Source: Antedon mediterranea (taxonomy: Eukaryota; Animalia; Echinodermata). From it: a stretch of DNA of 64,000 nucleotides. The notes beneath the pieces were generated by a model. It was not told the DNA's origin. It made no database searches and worked only from the letters and a program-made list of their open reading frames with translations. Location of the stretch: contig NC_092678.1 in the NCBI RefSeq assembly GCF_964355755.1, positions 574,422 through 638,421 of the forward strand. Direction: 5' to 3'. The position numbers and the translations under genes are program-made. Below, one piece after another: positions 26,201-39,016 of this stretch. How positions within the stretch are numbered: the first letter of the stretch is position 1; every line of letters begins with the position of its first letter.

Positions 26201-27677
26201 ATACAATATATATGCTGTATATACACAGAAAAGTCAAATCATTTCCTTTTAAAGACTACAAACTTACATGTCAACAAAATCTGAATGCGTGTCTGCATCA
26301 AGAGTATTCAGCAGTATGTATACTTTGTTTTTAGTTTTTGTGGCTGTCAACTCCAACTCTGTAACCTCAAGACCAAACACATTCTTCAGTCGTTCTTTCG
26401 CTTGTCGAAATATTTCTGTGTATGCTTTACTGTTATCCTTTAACACATGCTTGTTAATATCTGTTGCAACAAGAAGTTATTCAATTCAATTCAATTCAAA
26501 GTAACATTTATTTTCTTCAAAATAAAACATTCAACAAAATGGTGTAAAGAAAGGTAATATGATTGAAGAAGGCATGATCAAAAAAGCAAAAAGCTTGTGA
26601 CAGACATGCCTGAGCCATTTGATTGGAGGATTGTGGGTCACATGACATTCAATAACTACTCTATTGATTGAGGTCAAGAGTTCATTAGAGTGAATGATAA
26701 AATGTTCTATTTTCAGCTCATGAAATTACAATGTGAATTTATGAATAGAAATGACATATTCAATTTGAAAACCTCAAATAGATGAGTGGAATTTCCTTAT
26801 AATATTAAATGGCAGGTGGCGCAATATTTTAGGTGTTGGAGTTCTGATCGTGGGGCCAGTTCTTGACAAATGCTTGTCGCATGTGGTAGAAGAAATTGTT
26901 AGTGACGGCCATGATAAGGTGGTGTTGGGACGGCCATATGATAAGGTGGTGTTGGGATGGCCATAAGGTGGTGTTGGGACGGCCATAAGGTGGCGTTGGG
27001 ACGGCCATAAAGTCACGGTGTCAGTCTACATCTGTTTACCTGTTCTTTTAATTGGAATCTTCTTCTGTTCCATAATCAGCATATACTGAACCAGTTCGCT
27101 GACCATTTTGTTGATGACATCCTTGGACAAGTTAGCGGTTGCTTTTTGTGCTTGTGTCAAAGTCTGTGTCTGGCTTACCTCTTCCATATCTTCTTCCTGA
27201 TATTTGAAAAAAAAAATATTTTAAAATGGATATTTGGTATGTGACCAAACCATGGCCTAGATTTAGGATATCACGGAGTTCCCTCTAGTCTATTCTACAC
27301 ACATGTTATATAATAATTAACATTATGACTAGGCCTAGCCTATACTACAGTCTAGCTAGATAGAGGCTCTGGGGCTGCCTACTCATCATGAAATTACATA
27401 ACATAGCTTCTCTCTCTAGCTAGGTCTAGCTATCTAATCTAGGGCCCATCCAGGCAGGCCTAGAGTAGAGGCTTGCGGACAGGCCAGCAGCAGGGGGCGC
27501 GCCTAGCCTAGCATATTATTATAGTATACTAATACTATATAAATAGGCCTACTTACTTACATACTATACTACTCTCTATCTAGCCTCTAATACTATTCTA
27601 AAACTATCAACATTAAAATAATAACGAACCGAATCATCTTGAACAGTCACAATTCTTTTTCTTTGCTTTGAAGACAT
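21614..27677 (-). CDS. NSMCE3: MAGE-family protein / SMC5-6 subunit NSE3, multi-exon
   Basis: Exons ~27630-27677 (MSSKQRK), 27040-27197 (LVQYMLIMEQKKIPIKR), 26268-26461 (LKNVFGLEV..YILLN), 25739-25782 (LLLIVLSIIFMN), ~23196-23245, 23048-23111 (HEVFGD), 22403-22517 (EFRWGLRAHKEISK..DFVCK), 21614-21721 (VYG..W..QY, TGA). These are MAGE homology domain motifs. Confidence 0.85.
21795..22345 (-). mobile_element. SINE copy whose internal 82-bp segment is tandemly amplified 5x
   Basis: 21795-21990 matches the reverse complement of the 14243 SINE. The unit gagccagaggtgtacactggac...gagtgaat starts at 21932, 22014, 22096, 22178 and 22260. Confidence 0.85.
22547..23039. repeat. Intronic tandem repeat, ~104 bp unit, ~5 copies
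   Basis: catgtgataggaaattaaccaatc... starts at 22547, 22651, 22753, 22857 and 22961. Confidence 0.92.
23320..25352. repeat. Homogeneous 35-bp minisatellite, ~58 copies, in an NSMCE3 intron
   Basis: Unit ctagctgcaccccacagtttgttgagataatcaat repeated head-to-tail with no spacers. Confidence 0.97.
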
Positions 27678-27707
27678 GATGATTCTTGTGGGGTTTTCCA
27701 ACAAGTT

Positions 27708-27715
27708 TTTCGCGC
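27708..27715. promoter_or_regulatory. E2F-like site (TTTCGCGC) just upstream of the NSMCE3 start codon
   Basis: Matches TTTSSCGC in a CpG-rich patch about 30 bp from the ATG. Motif match only. Confidence 0.3.
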
Positions 27716-28239
27716 GCAGAAAGAGAAAGGGCCTTCTTGTTGTTTTTAACGGTGACCCCGTGTCGTGGTTGTTGATGCGTATCGGTTTCACATGAATGCA
27801 CATGATGCATGGCGGTTAAAATCATATTGCGCCCTCTTGCGTCGAGTGTTTTATTATACTGTACCATGGAGAAGTAAAGAAAACCCCCTCAAAATAGTAG
27901 TAATAGGTACTACATACAGTAGTTGTATATACAAATTACAATATAAAATAACAATGTAAATATTTATTTCATCACAAACACTCATTTGTAAGCAAATATT
28001 TATTCATCATAAGCATATTCTTACCAATATACCAAGCACCTTATTATACCGAGAGATTTGTTTTATATAGATTTCTGTATGTGGAATAAATGTAAAATGG
28101 AAACGTTCTCAATTTACTTTACAAATATTAACACATTTTGTAAAGCATAATCTGTAACGTACGATGATCAAGGTGCTGGAGAACAATACTCTACATTAAA
28201 CAGCCTTTTATATATATAGTTAAACTTATTTGCATCTAT

Positions 28240-28492
28240 GAATATTCATTAATAATCTATCATTCAATGAATATTCAATAATAATCTATTGTGCACTGAA
28301 TATTTATTAATAATCTATTGTGCAATAATGAATATTCATTGATAAATGAATATTCAATAATAATCTATTGTCCACTGAATATTCATTAATAATCTATCGT
28401 TCACTGAATATTCACTAATAATCTATCGTTCACTGAATATTCATTAATAATCTATCGTTCAATGAATATTCATTTAATAATCTATCGTTCAC
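28240..28492. repeat. Degenerate ~30-bp AT-rich tandem repeat
   Basis: Repeated tgaatattcattaataatctat(cgttcac), containing the palindrome TGAATATTCA. Confidence 0.85.
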
Positions 28493-29159
28493 GTTAAAGC
28501 ACCAATAATGAAGATACACATTTATATTGTGGTTAATTATTGTTTTACGGCCGCTTTTCAATTCTGGAACAGCCTATGGTGAAAAAAAACAAACCACAAG
28601 TACAAGATTTTAATTGCAATAGGAACAAGTTTACCACCAGATTACTGTCGAAAATTACTGTTTTGCAACATTGCAAACACGTAGAGTGACACCCTAACAA
28701 TACATCATTTTGTATATTGAATAACCATAACAATGGTCTTAAAATTAGGGCAGAAAGAAGATTTTAAATTGTACAATTTTTGTTTGAAAATTGTTTCCAA
28801 ATTAACGTTATTACAGTATTTATAAAATAACTAGGTTCTAGGTTCATGTTCTAAACACAACTAAAAAATAGGTTAGGATAAGAGTTACCTGCAATATGAT
28901 AATATCCACAATACCAAAGTACTTTAATGGGTTAGGGTAAGAGTTACCTGTAATATGATAATATCCACAATACCAAAGTACTTTCAATAAAAATAAGAGT
29001 ACTCTTCATTCTGATTTCATAATAATATGATGAAATGAAGATTACAACTTTGAGACAGACAGACACCTCTATTATGGCGACGACACATTCCCATGAAATG
29101 ACGAGAGTCGGCAATAATACAACTCATTTATACTAAGGTAAGGGGGCACCATGTTGGGT

Positions 29160-29335
29160 CAGGGAATAATTTCGCCAGTGTAGCATAGCAAAAAGCTATA
29201 CAAAACAACCTTATTGCTACACATTTCTAAAATTGTGTAGCAAAAAAGACAATACAAAACTATGTTTCTCGACTAAAAAATCAGTTTGATTAGCAATAAT
29301 TGCTAAACAAAATTTTAAAATGAAATTTTTCCCTG
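29160..29335. mobile_element. 176-bp MITE with 14-bp TIRs and an apparent 5-bp TSD
   Basis: CAGGGAATAATTTC ... GAAATTTTTCCCTG (13/14 inverted match), flanked on both sides by TGGGT. Confidence 0.7.
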
Positions 29336-29787
29336 TGGGTTCTGCAAGTTTACAAAGGTACTACTATTGATGGAATGAAATTATTTATTCAATTGACGAA
29401 TTGTCGAGTGGTATTGTTGAAGTGTGATAAACAGTTTGGACTTACAAGGATTATTACTTACAGATGTGGCACTCTAGTCTTTATACTGTAGGTGGGTTAT
29501 ATCACGATTATTATTACGATTAACAGTAACTCTTATAAAACTCGGGAACTAACCTGACAAACAAACAATTTACTCAGGTTTAATACGCTAGTACAATATG
29601 ATAAAATGTTACTTTTCAAATTTAAAACTTCCTAAGACTTGCAGGTGACCAACAGAAAAGAACAAACTATGATTTGATCAGGAAACTGGAATGAATGAAT
29701 GCATTTTATGCACATTTAAGTAAAAAAACAAAACATTTACCAATCAGATCAACAAAATGTTCTTCCTGCGCAAAAAGTTAGAAAATG

Positions 29788-31448
29788 TTAAACTGTCGAA
29801 AAACGACACTTGCGCACTTGACACATTAATCGCTGGTTATTTTTCGTTATTTGATTTCGGACTTTCGCAATCTTGGGACGAAATTTGGCACGGTGGTGAC
29901 AAAGGTGAGCCGCAGACGAAAGTTTATCGGAATTCACCCGCGCTTGATTGTTTATGTCTAAAAGCAGAGTACCAAGCGAAAAAATATCACTTTCAAATGA
30001 GTGCGGCTCGACACGGAAACATACCTCAGGCGCAATCCAATCATATTTTTCAGGGTCTAAAATCGTTTGTTCATAGCGAGCGCACGAGTCCAAACATGAT
30101 CTACCAAAATCAATTATTACTGGCTGATAGTTGTTGTCTATGATAACGTTTTCAGATTTCAAATCGGCGTGAATGATTCCGCTATCGTGAATGGCTTGCA
30201 ACACATTGCACAACTTGACAGCCATCTTCAACCATACGTCATCCGACAACTCATACACTCTAGGGTTATCAAGAATTCGTTGTAGTGTGGTGGACTGTCC
30301 GTCCATTCCATGGTAACTAAGTACGAGACTAGTAGAATTTATCAACTTGTTTGCGGACTCCATCACTACAAGAATGAGCTTTGGAAGTCCTGCGTTATCT
30401 TTCAATGTTAGTAAGATAGACGCTTCGTGAAGCATGTTTTTTTCCGCTTCTTCATACGTTATTCCCCCCTTTCCAGCAAAAAATGATTTGACGCAAACCT
30501 GAGTGCCACGGTAGATGAATGGTACGCAACTTGCGAAGCTTCCTTTACCGCGAGATAAACTCTTGGTTTGCGTTAGTGCTTCTAGCTCTTGACCATCAGA
30601 AATAAAGCATTGTGGGATATGAGCATCGTCCAGTTTACCCGCCTGTTTTTGAAGATGAGTAATTTCTTCAGTCTGAGCCTGAATTGTTTCTGTCATTTCT
30701 AACTTTGCCACTTGTAAATCCTCTTCCTTTTTCTTTAAGCAGTCATAAAGAACACTAATTTCTTCTTCATTTTTATGCAGTTCTTCTGTCAGTGTTGTAA
30801 TTTTCTTCAGCATGCTTCGTTCCTCCTCGATTCCTGACAGATGGTCGTCAGATCTCGTCATACTTCTAATGGTCCTTTTACTGTGTCTTATCACATCAGA
30901 ACAGAATGTACTGTAATTGTTATCTTTCTTAAACGTCACTTCTGATTCCGTTTCAGATTCTGACTTCCTTCTGGGTCTAAATAGACGAAGAACAGACAAA
31001 CAGTAAACATTTTAAAATAACAGTCCGACCTAAATTGACTTGGGTGTGTCTGTCCTAACCTATACTATTAACAAAACCAATACTTTTTGAATTTAATAAT
31101 AAAATTCTTTATATTTGTAATAATATGTAATAAATGTCTTATGACATATGGCATGCAACACAAAGCATTTTTTTTCTTCTAAATTTCTCAATGTATGTCT
31201 AGTCACCACCAGACATTTCCTTCATCAGTATTTGATAACAAAAAAAAACAATTACCTGTACATCATACATAACAAAGTCATATAAATTTAACCAACCTGA
31301 CAGAAATAGGCTTCCTTTCAATCAGACCCATTGAAACACGAGTTGTTCTGCAAGAAGACGCTCTAGTGCGTCTTTTAGCAGGTCTAAACCCATCACCACC
31401 AGATGCCATGTCTTCAGCCTGCTGATACTTGGTTTGACTTAAGCCCAT
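29788..31448 (-). CDS. Orphan Ser/Thr protein kinase with an N-terminal coiled coil, two coding exons (31297-31448, 29788-30976)
   Basis: Kinase motifs GKGSFA, VCVK, HEA, HADLKSEN, DFG, WIAPE, SDIFSLG. The upstream exon MGLSQTK...ISV joins in frame through a phase-2 GT..AG intron (donor 31296, polypyrimidine acceptor 30977). Confidence 0.8.
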
Positions 31449-33144
31449 TCACCCTACATGGAAGGATTCCCCACAGCCTTGTATGTTGTCCTCAAGATTG
31501 ATTGAAACCACAAGACACAGTTTAAACTGGAAAATAAAAATTAATAATTTTGTAAGTATATAATATAAAGTTAACTTATAAATGTATTCGTTCTTTTTAT
31601 ATAGTGTACAAAAAACGAATTCTCGATATGTTTTTATTGGACCTAATAAATCATAATGATGTGAGAGCAGCGCATTATTATTATTATCAAGGCTACACTA
31701 CAGCATCATTCATTTGTTGTTCACAATGAATTATTTATTTATTTCATTTCCCAACCAATAGTGTACTCATGGTTCATTATATAACAAGAATCTAAAATAC
31801 CTGTAGTGTTTATTATTATAAGTTTGGCTAGCCTAGAAAGAAGTACAGTATGGTTTCAACTGGTTTTAACAAGTTAATTGATTAGCTATCCTAGACATAA
31901 TCGACATGTCCTAGCAAGTTCCCTAGCTAGCTAGTATTTGGTGGTAGGTAGGCTCAGTCAGTGAATCTCATGCTGGTTGGCATTCTAGTTCCGTCCAGCA
32001 AAATGAGACCTAACGAGGGGTCTAATCATAAACATATCAGACCTAGGCATAATTAATATCATATATTTATCACTCACATATTCTAAAAACGGTCAAAAGA
32101 CACGCTTATCTGATGTCCTTCAATGAATGAAAATTATAGAATCTGCTAGCCCGCAGTAATGAATTCTATCACACCGGGCGTGGGAGAGCTACCTGGCGGA
32201 AACTTGCGAGGCGATCCCTAATCTATCCGATCGGTAGCGCGCGAACACAATAGGAATGTTAAGTAGGCCTAGGCCTAACTGTTTTTATTTACGTTATACT
32301 GTAATCTAGGGATCGCTAAATATTATTGAATGTATGTTACGTAATATTTTAAGAAGTACTGTTTTCTTATTACAATACTATTATTAAATGTAATTAATAA
32401 TTTGATCATTTTAAAGGATTTCACAAGGCACTACCCATACGAAAATGGTCCAGGCCGAGTCATGCTATAGATTTGCGGAAAAAACAAAATGATAATTTTT
32501 AAATAATATCAATTCATCTCATAATCATATTGGGGATTCGAACGTTACTGAATTTATATATATATATATATATATTATTAAACTAATTTAACCATGGAGC
32601 TATATTACCAAGACAATGATGTATGTTACCAAACTGTTACCTTTACTTAAAATGGTAAAGTCCGGTATTTTATGTTGGCATACAGTACAGATTGGGTAAA
32701 ACGATACAACCATTGTCATTAGAGGGTAGTTTTACCTATCACATAATTATTATTTGACATTCAGAGTGCGCGATTTATAACGTATCCTTACGAAAATAAT
32801 TATAACGCAGTGCAATATAATTAATAAATGCATCATACGTCATCAGTACCCTGAATCAGGTTAATTTGCTTGTTTTTTTTTATCAATTTGAACGGCGTGT
32901 GTTTATGTAACCAAGGTATAAATATTCGGTCTAATAATATTGAAAATTAATTTTGTTGTAAGTTTTCTATTATATCATTCGTTTGTCATAATAAAGATAT
33001 TCTTATTTAATTTATCAATTCGTGTATTAAAATATAACAATCGCACTGATCTCCTAGTAAATTAATATTAAGACCATTACATAACTAGAACATAAAAACA
33101 CGCAGCAACAAATACAGACAAAAGAAACAATACGTAGACTAAAC

Positions 33145-33595
33145 GACCACCTCAATACAATTACAATGTACATCAGTGTCACAGACTAATACATGCACGT
33201 AAACCTATACCTACGATAGATAATATATTGTTCTGACCACCTCAATACAATTACAATGTACATCAGTGTCACAGACTAATACATGCACGTAAACCTATAC
33301 CTACGATTAGATAATATATTGTTCTGACCACCTCAATACAATTACAATGTACATCAGTGTCACAGACTAATACATGCACGTAAACCTATACCTACGATAG
33401 ATAATATATTGTTCTGACCACCTCAATACAATTACAATGTACATCAGTGTCACAGACTAATACATGCACGTAAACCTATACCTACGATAGATAATATATT
33501 GTTCTGACCACCTCAATACAATTACAATGTACATCAGTGTCACAGACTAATACATGCACGTAAACCTATACCTACGATAGATAATATATTGTTCT
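33145..33595. repeat. 90-bp tandem repeat, 5 copies
   Basis: gaccacctcaatacaattacaatg... starts at 33145, 33235, 33326, 33416 and 33506. Confidence 0.95.
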
Positions 33596-35263
33596 AATGA
33601 TTGTAACCGACCGTACATGTTAACATGACGATATTAGATTGAAACATTAGCAGATCTAACCGTCACATTATCACATATGATAGTACATAAACATTATGAT
33701 GTTACGAATCTGTAATGTACGGAGTTTATACTCACCCTGGTTGAACAAGCAAACGGATTCACTGTAGTACTTATATATCAACAACAGTATTAGTAATCAT
33801 TTGACATACAAATCGTAACATTAAATATCAAGCTATGTTAGCGGCCATTTAATAATTGTTAAATGTGATTTTTACCAGCCTCCCTTTTATGATTTCCTGC
33901 TTATCATAGCGGTTCAAAGGTTAAATCGCTGAAGCGTAGTTATCGTTCGATATTAAATTCAAATGCATTATTTACCATACTGTGTTTGATTTGGTGAACG
34001 TGTATTGTTCTCATATGTTTATCTTGTTTAATATTTATTTTTTCCATTACTTATGTTTTAGTATATTTTGTATTACAGGTATTAGTTTTCAAATAAACAT
34101 TTCCAGATCGTATACGGACTACTACTACTGCTACTACAGTATTTTACTAATTCGTTTTCAATATATTATTAATAATTATAGAATAATACAATCAATAGCA
34201 CACGACTTCATAAACATAATTATTTTACAATCAAAGCCTACTCCCAGCCGTAGTTATAGAAATAACATGAAATGAATCCTAATTATATCTAGGCCTATAT
34301 CATTATAGGATGCGTACACTTCATAAACGGCAGTATTTAGATTAGTATCGTATATTTCCCTCTACATAATACAAAATATACAGGTACAAATCAGGTATCC
34401 TATAATAGTATATTTGTTGACAATAAATAGGCAATACATTATTACAATAAACAAATACAATTTTACAATATGTATTTTTACGGTAAATTTAAAAACAATC
34501 AATCAAATATTATTATCCTCCTCATTAAATTAGACTGTTATTTAGTATATCTCTCATTCTCTGTATATCATGATCATAATTCATATAAAACAATCTTTAA
34601 AGCTAGGCTACCGAGTACTCGTACAGAGCAGCACCGCGCGGAGCAACGCAGCGCAACGGCGGACACAGGTTGTTGGGTGGTTAGTAAGTTAGGAATAGGA
34701 GAGGCTGCCTAGCCCACACGACCTTGACTCGTAATCTTTGATTAATTAAAATACGTTTTAGCATAGTTTTTACGTAATAATTATTAAACATGACATGGAA
34801 TACATACCCAAGTATACATTTACTATAAAATACCAACAAATCCAGTTTTAAATGTTGTTTATTTGACGTTCTGAGTACGTCGTCTGCCGTCGTACTTAAT
34901 TCCCGCTTGGTTTTTTAAAAATGACTTGTTGTCAAATGAGGGCGCTATCACGAAAAATGGTAATATCAGCAGCAGCAAAAGATGGTGTTGAAAAAGAAGG
35001 AAGAAATATTTTTTTCCTCCAAATAAATTCATTTATATGGTCGATTGAAATATATACAATAATGACACACGATGTTTTTAAAAATTAACATTATTCATAA
35101 TTATTCAGACCGTTTTTTATTTTGTGTTAATCTACTTCTTTATTATGCTACTTAAATCATGGAGGTACGTGAACCTCCATGATCATCCATGAATAGATCA
35201 TCGTATACCAAAGTATATTTTATTTGTCACACAGGTTGACGCATTCCAGTTATGTTGACGCGT

Positions 35264-36205
35264 TTACTGAACCGTGTTGACGAAGTCATGATGGCGACTC
35301 ATTTGAGTCACAGCGCAACATTGACACCAGCAAGTGGTGCAGCAATCGGACATCACACTTCCCTGAAAAAAGTAGGGAAAAAACAGAATATTGAATGTTT
35401 AAAAATGGTCAAAATGTCCAATTGGTTTACTTTAAAGATTCAGTCACTATACCATTGGTCAAAAGTTTGACCATCGGTCTGTCCATAAGCTCTTACCGGA
35501 ATATTATTTTTCGTTCTCATCACAGATCTCAAAGTGACTAGGTAACCGGGTACACAACACGGCAAACACAAGGATTCTCCGAGCTTATCTGATATATAAC
35601 AGTTGTAACAAAGCGGACAACAACACGCACCAAGACCTACAAAATAAATTTATTATTTATTTATTTTTCTTTTAATTTGACTTTAAATAGAAAAGGTTAA
35701 TTTTACTACAAGTATGTTACTTACAACTAACGGGATCTCTGAAGCAATCAAACAAACCAGACGACCAGTCGTTCCCGCCAAGTTTCACGTACTGTGTCGA
35801 AGACTAAATGACAGTAGTAAATATTAAAATAACAAGTAATATATCTTCAAGAAGAGTATATAGTAATACCTTTTGGTTCGGACGCAAAAGCAAATGGGTT
35901 GCTGCGTGTCCGTCATCGGCGTGTCCTGGGAATCACTATGACAACTCAAAATACAATTAACAAGCACCCTAATTAATAAAATTATAAGATAGATATGGGG
36001 GCGAGAAAGAGAAACACTAAGAACAAGTTACCACATGCACATGGGTCTGTGCAACAGGAGGCTGGGTGACGACTGGCTGTTGGTAACCCGGCTGTTGCTG
36101 TATGTAACCACTGCCTGGCTGTTGCTGTACGTAGCCGGGTGGCTGCGGTTGAAAACCATCATTGCTGTAATACCCACCGTGCTGTCCGTCTTTTTGCTGC
36201 TCCAT
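35264..36205 (-). CDS. PLAC8/cornifelin-family Cys-rich protein, paralog 1
   Basis: Exons ~36030-36205 (Gln/Pro-rich), 35724-35803 (WSSGLFDCF), 35497-35636 (CCPLC..LGESLCLPCC..LRSVMRTK), 35264-35362 (GSVMSDCCTTCWCQCCAVTQMSRH, TAA). Confidence 0.85.
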
Positions 36206-37458
36206 TTTCAGATATTAACCAACCCTAGCTAAAAAACATATACATAATAATACGTACTGAATGTATAAAACAGATTTTGATGGGCTTTTTGTCAAATATT
36301 TTTCACGAATCATAGAGATTAAATACAGTATTTTGATTGATTGATGGATTTGACACGAGGATGAAAATCATACGCGTAACGCACCTAATTTGATATCAAT
36401 CAACGGCTAAGGTGACCTGTTGTGCGTGTACGCGTAGTCCTTGCGTGTGTGTCTATGCGCGCCGTTAATATCCTTTTTACGCCGCTCATCGTTGAGTGAT
36501 TGCACTGCATTACACCATATTGCGCCTCATTGGCTAATGGCTAAGAGTTGTCATTCAATACCCCATGGTAGACATAACCTCCAGATCAGGGCCTATATTG
36601 CCGAAATAAATAATTACCACCGTATGCTTGCGCAACGGATAATAAATCGAATAATCGAACTAGTGGACTCATTTTAGGTGAACTTTAATGAATACAATTA
36701 AAACTTAAAATCACTTACTAAGATCAACGGTGGCAGAAAGACCTCACACACTCAGTCCTAAGTTCACGAGTAAGTACACCCTAATTTATTATTTGGCCAA
36801 GTCCTGTGATACCAATAAATATCACTGTCCAAACAAAAAGTTCATTCCGATATTAAATATTGGACGTGACGTCACGTGATTAACTTCATATACAATAAGA
36901 TACAGTAAATAACTGTCTAAACCCTAATAAATGTAAACCAAAACACATCAACATTCATTTTAAAACGACAACAAATTTAACTGTTTATTTATCATCTTGG
37001 CGATCAATTCATATATTCTTCTTTTATTTCGAAAAGTTCTGCTTGGTTTTAAACGATTATTGTCGTCTATAGAGGGGGCACTATCACAAAATGGTAAAGA
37101 ACTAAAACTGATTATATCGATTGATACAATGGCGCACTGCAGAGCTTGATGAGCAAACTTAAGTAGATTTTAAAACAGCTTTTTCTTTTTTAATAAAGCA
37201 ACAAGTAGTACAGTAGTTAAATTTAAGAATTTCAAATTCATTATGAATAGTACATTTAAGTTCAATTACCTTTATATGTCTTAATATTTTAAATAATCAA
37301 GTATAATACATTTGATCTAAAACGATTAAACCATAATAATTATATCATAACAGGGATAATCATCGTACACTTGGAGAAAATTCATTAACTCTTATGACTG
37401 GTATTGGATTGGCTGACGCAATGCAACCTTTGTTGACCCAAAGCAATTGGTTGATGCG

Positions 37459-39016
37459 TTACACTCGAACTATTTGATTGGTTGAGGCGGCATCCTGATG
37501 ACGACTCAATTGCGCCATAGCGCATATTGGAAAACAGCTAGTGGTGAGACAGTCCGACAACACACTTCCCTACAGACGTATAAACATAATTACAGTATTT
37601 AGTATTTTTGTGCATCAGAAGTCATTAACGTACGCGCGCAAATCATCGCAGTGTCATGTCAAAAGCCATATTACTATAATGCGCAACGCAAGTGAGTTGA
37701 CCAATGACAAGCGACAGTTCTGGTGATCCATCGTGATTGGTCAAAATACGTCCTCTAAGTTTGAACAAGCTTTAATTAATCGATACGTCAATGTTAGTTT
37801 ACATTTCACTGTGATTAATGTGTCGGTTTGGTGGTCGGTCCATTATACTTACCGAAATGTTATGCTTAGTTCTCAATTTTGTTCTCAAGGCTGTTATAAA
37901 GTAAGGCCCAGGCAGACAGCATGGCAAACCAAAGAATTCGCCAAGCTTATCTGATAAATAACAGCTGTATAAGCAACAGCAACAGAACGCACCAAAACCT
38001 ACACAAAAAAAATACAAATTTCACAATTGTTATATTATTGCAGTCAAGTGTAATACATTTTTTTTTTAATGATTATCTATATCTTGTTTACTTGATTTGG
38101 TTTCCACTATAGAACGCAGCGCAAGGAGTTGACCAATGACAAGCGTTCGTTTATTATAATTATGGTTCCCACTAGCGACGTATCGACGCGCGCAAAGTGC
38201 TGTATTGCGTAATCACAAGTGGGAACCGACGACGGTTGAGTCGCTAATGGGAACCAAGCTTTACCTACGTTGCGTTTACGTACGTGGGAACCAAGCATAG
38301 GTTCACATGATCATTACTTACAACTAACAGGATCTTTGCAGCAATCGAATAAGCCAGAAGACCAATTTCCATCCGCTGAATTGACATACTGCGGTGAAGA
38401 CTAAAATAGAAAATTTGTTGTCGTTAAATATAGGCCTATACCTATTTTGAAAAACGTTTCATTGTATAGCGTCATTAAGAAGTATGCAGGCTCAAAAAAG
38501 CCACCGCCAATCAAAAAAGGTATTACGTAGGCTCAAACACCCCACCACCAATCAAAAAAGGTATTACGTAGGCTCAAACACCCCACCACCAATCAAAAAG
38601 GTATTACGTAGGCTCAAACAAGCCATCACTAATAAAAAAAATGTAGTACGTAGGCTCAAACAGTCCATCACCAAAAGTATTATACCCACCTGAACAATTA
38701 TCCCCGGTGCAGCAACAGTAGGCTGGGTGAGGATAGGTTGTTGCACTACAACACTTGGCTGTTGTATGGGAACACCCGGATGTTGTACGGAAAAAACACT
38801 TGGCTGTTGCATAGGAACGTGTGTCTGTTGCATAGGAACGTATGGCTGTTGCATAGTAGGAACACTAGGCTGTTTCATAGGAGGGGCACTTGGTTGTTTC
38901 ATGGAGACATCTGACACGAACTCTCTATTGTCGAGTGTTTCATTAGGGTAGATGTCACCACTGATGTCGCCAAGCTCTTCCTCAGGGTATAATGGTCCGA
39001 CTTTATGAGAGTACAT
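37459..39016 (-). CDS. PLAC8/cornifelin-family protein, paralog 2
   Basis: Probable start MYSHKVGP at 39016 (an upstream in-frame ATG lies at 39085). Exons ~38690-39016, 38320-38400 (WSSGLFDCC), 37852-37997 (LGEFFGLPCC..LRTKLRTKHNI), 37459-37569 (GSVLSDC.., TAA). Confidence 0.83.

Noticed and set aside
1497-27677. Functional genome-maintenance cluster (FBH1, ARH, NSMCE3)
   Set aside because: Adjacency alone is weak evidence in an animal genome, and no shared regulation is visible.
29757-30143. 128-aa ORF antisense to the kinase, and the antisense ORFs within the LINE
   Set aside because: They are shadow ORFs of real coding sequence with no recognisable motifs.
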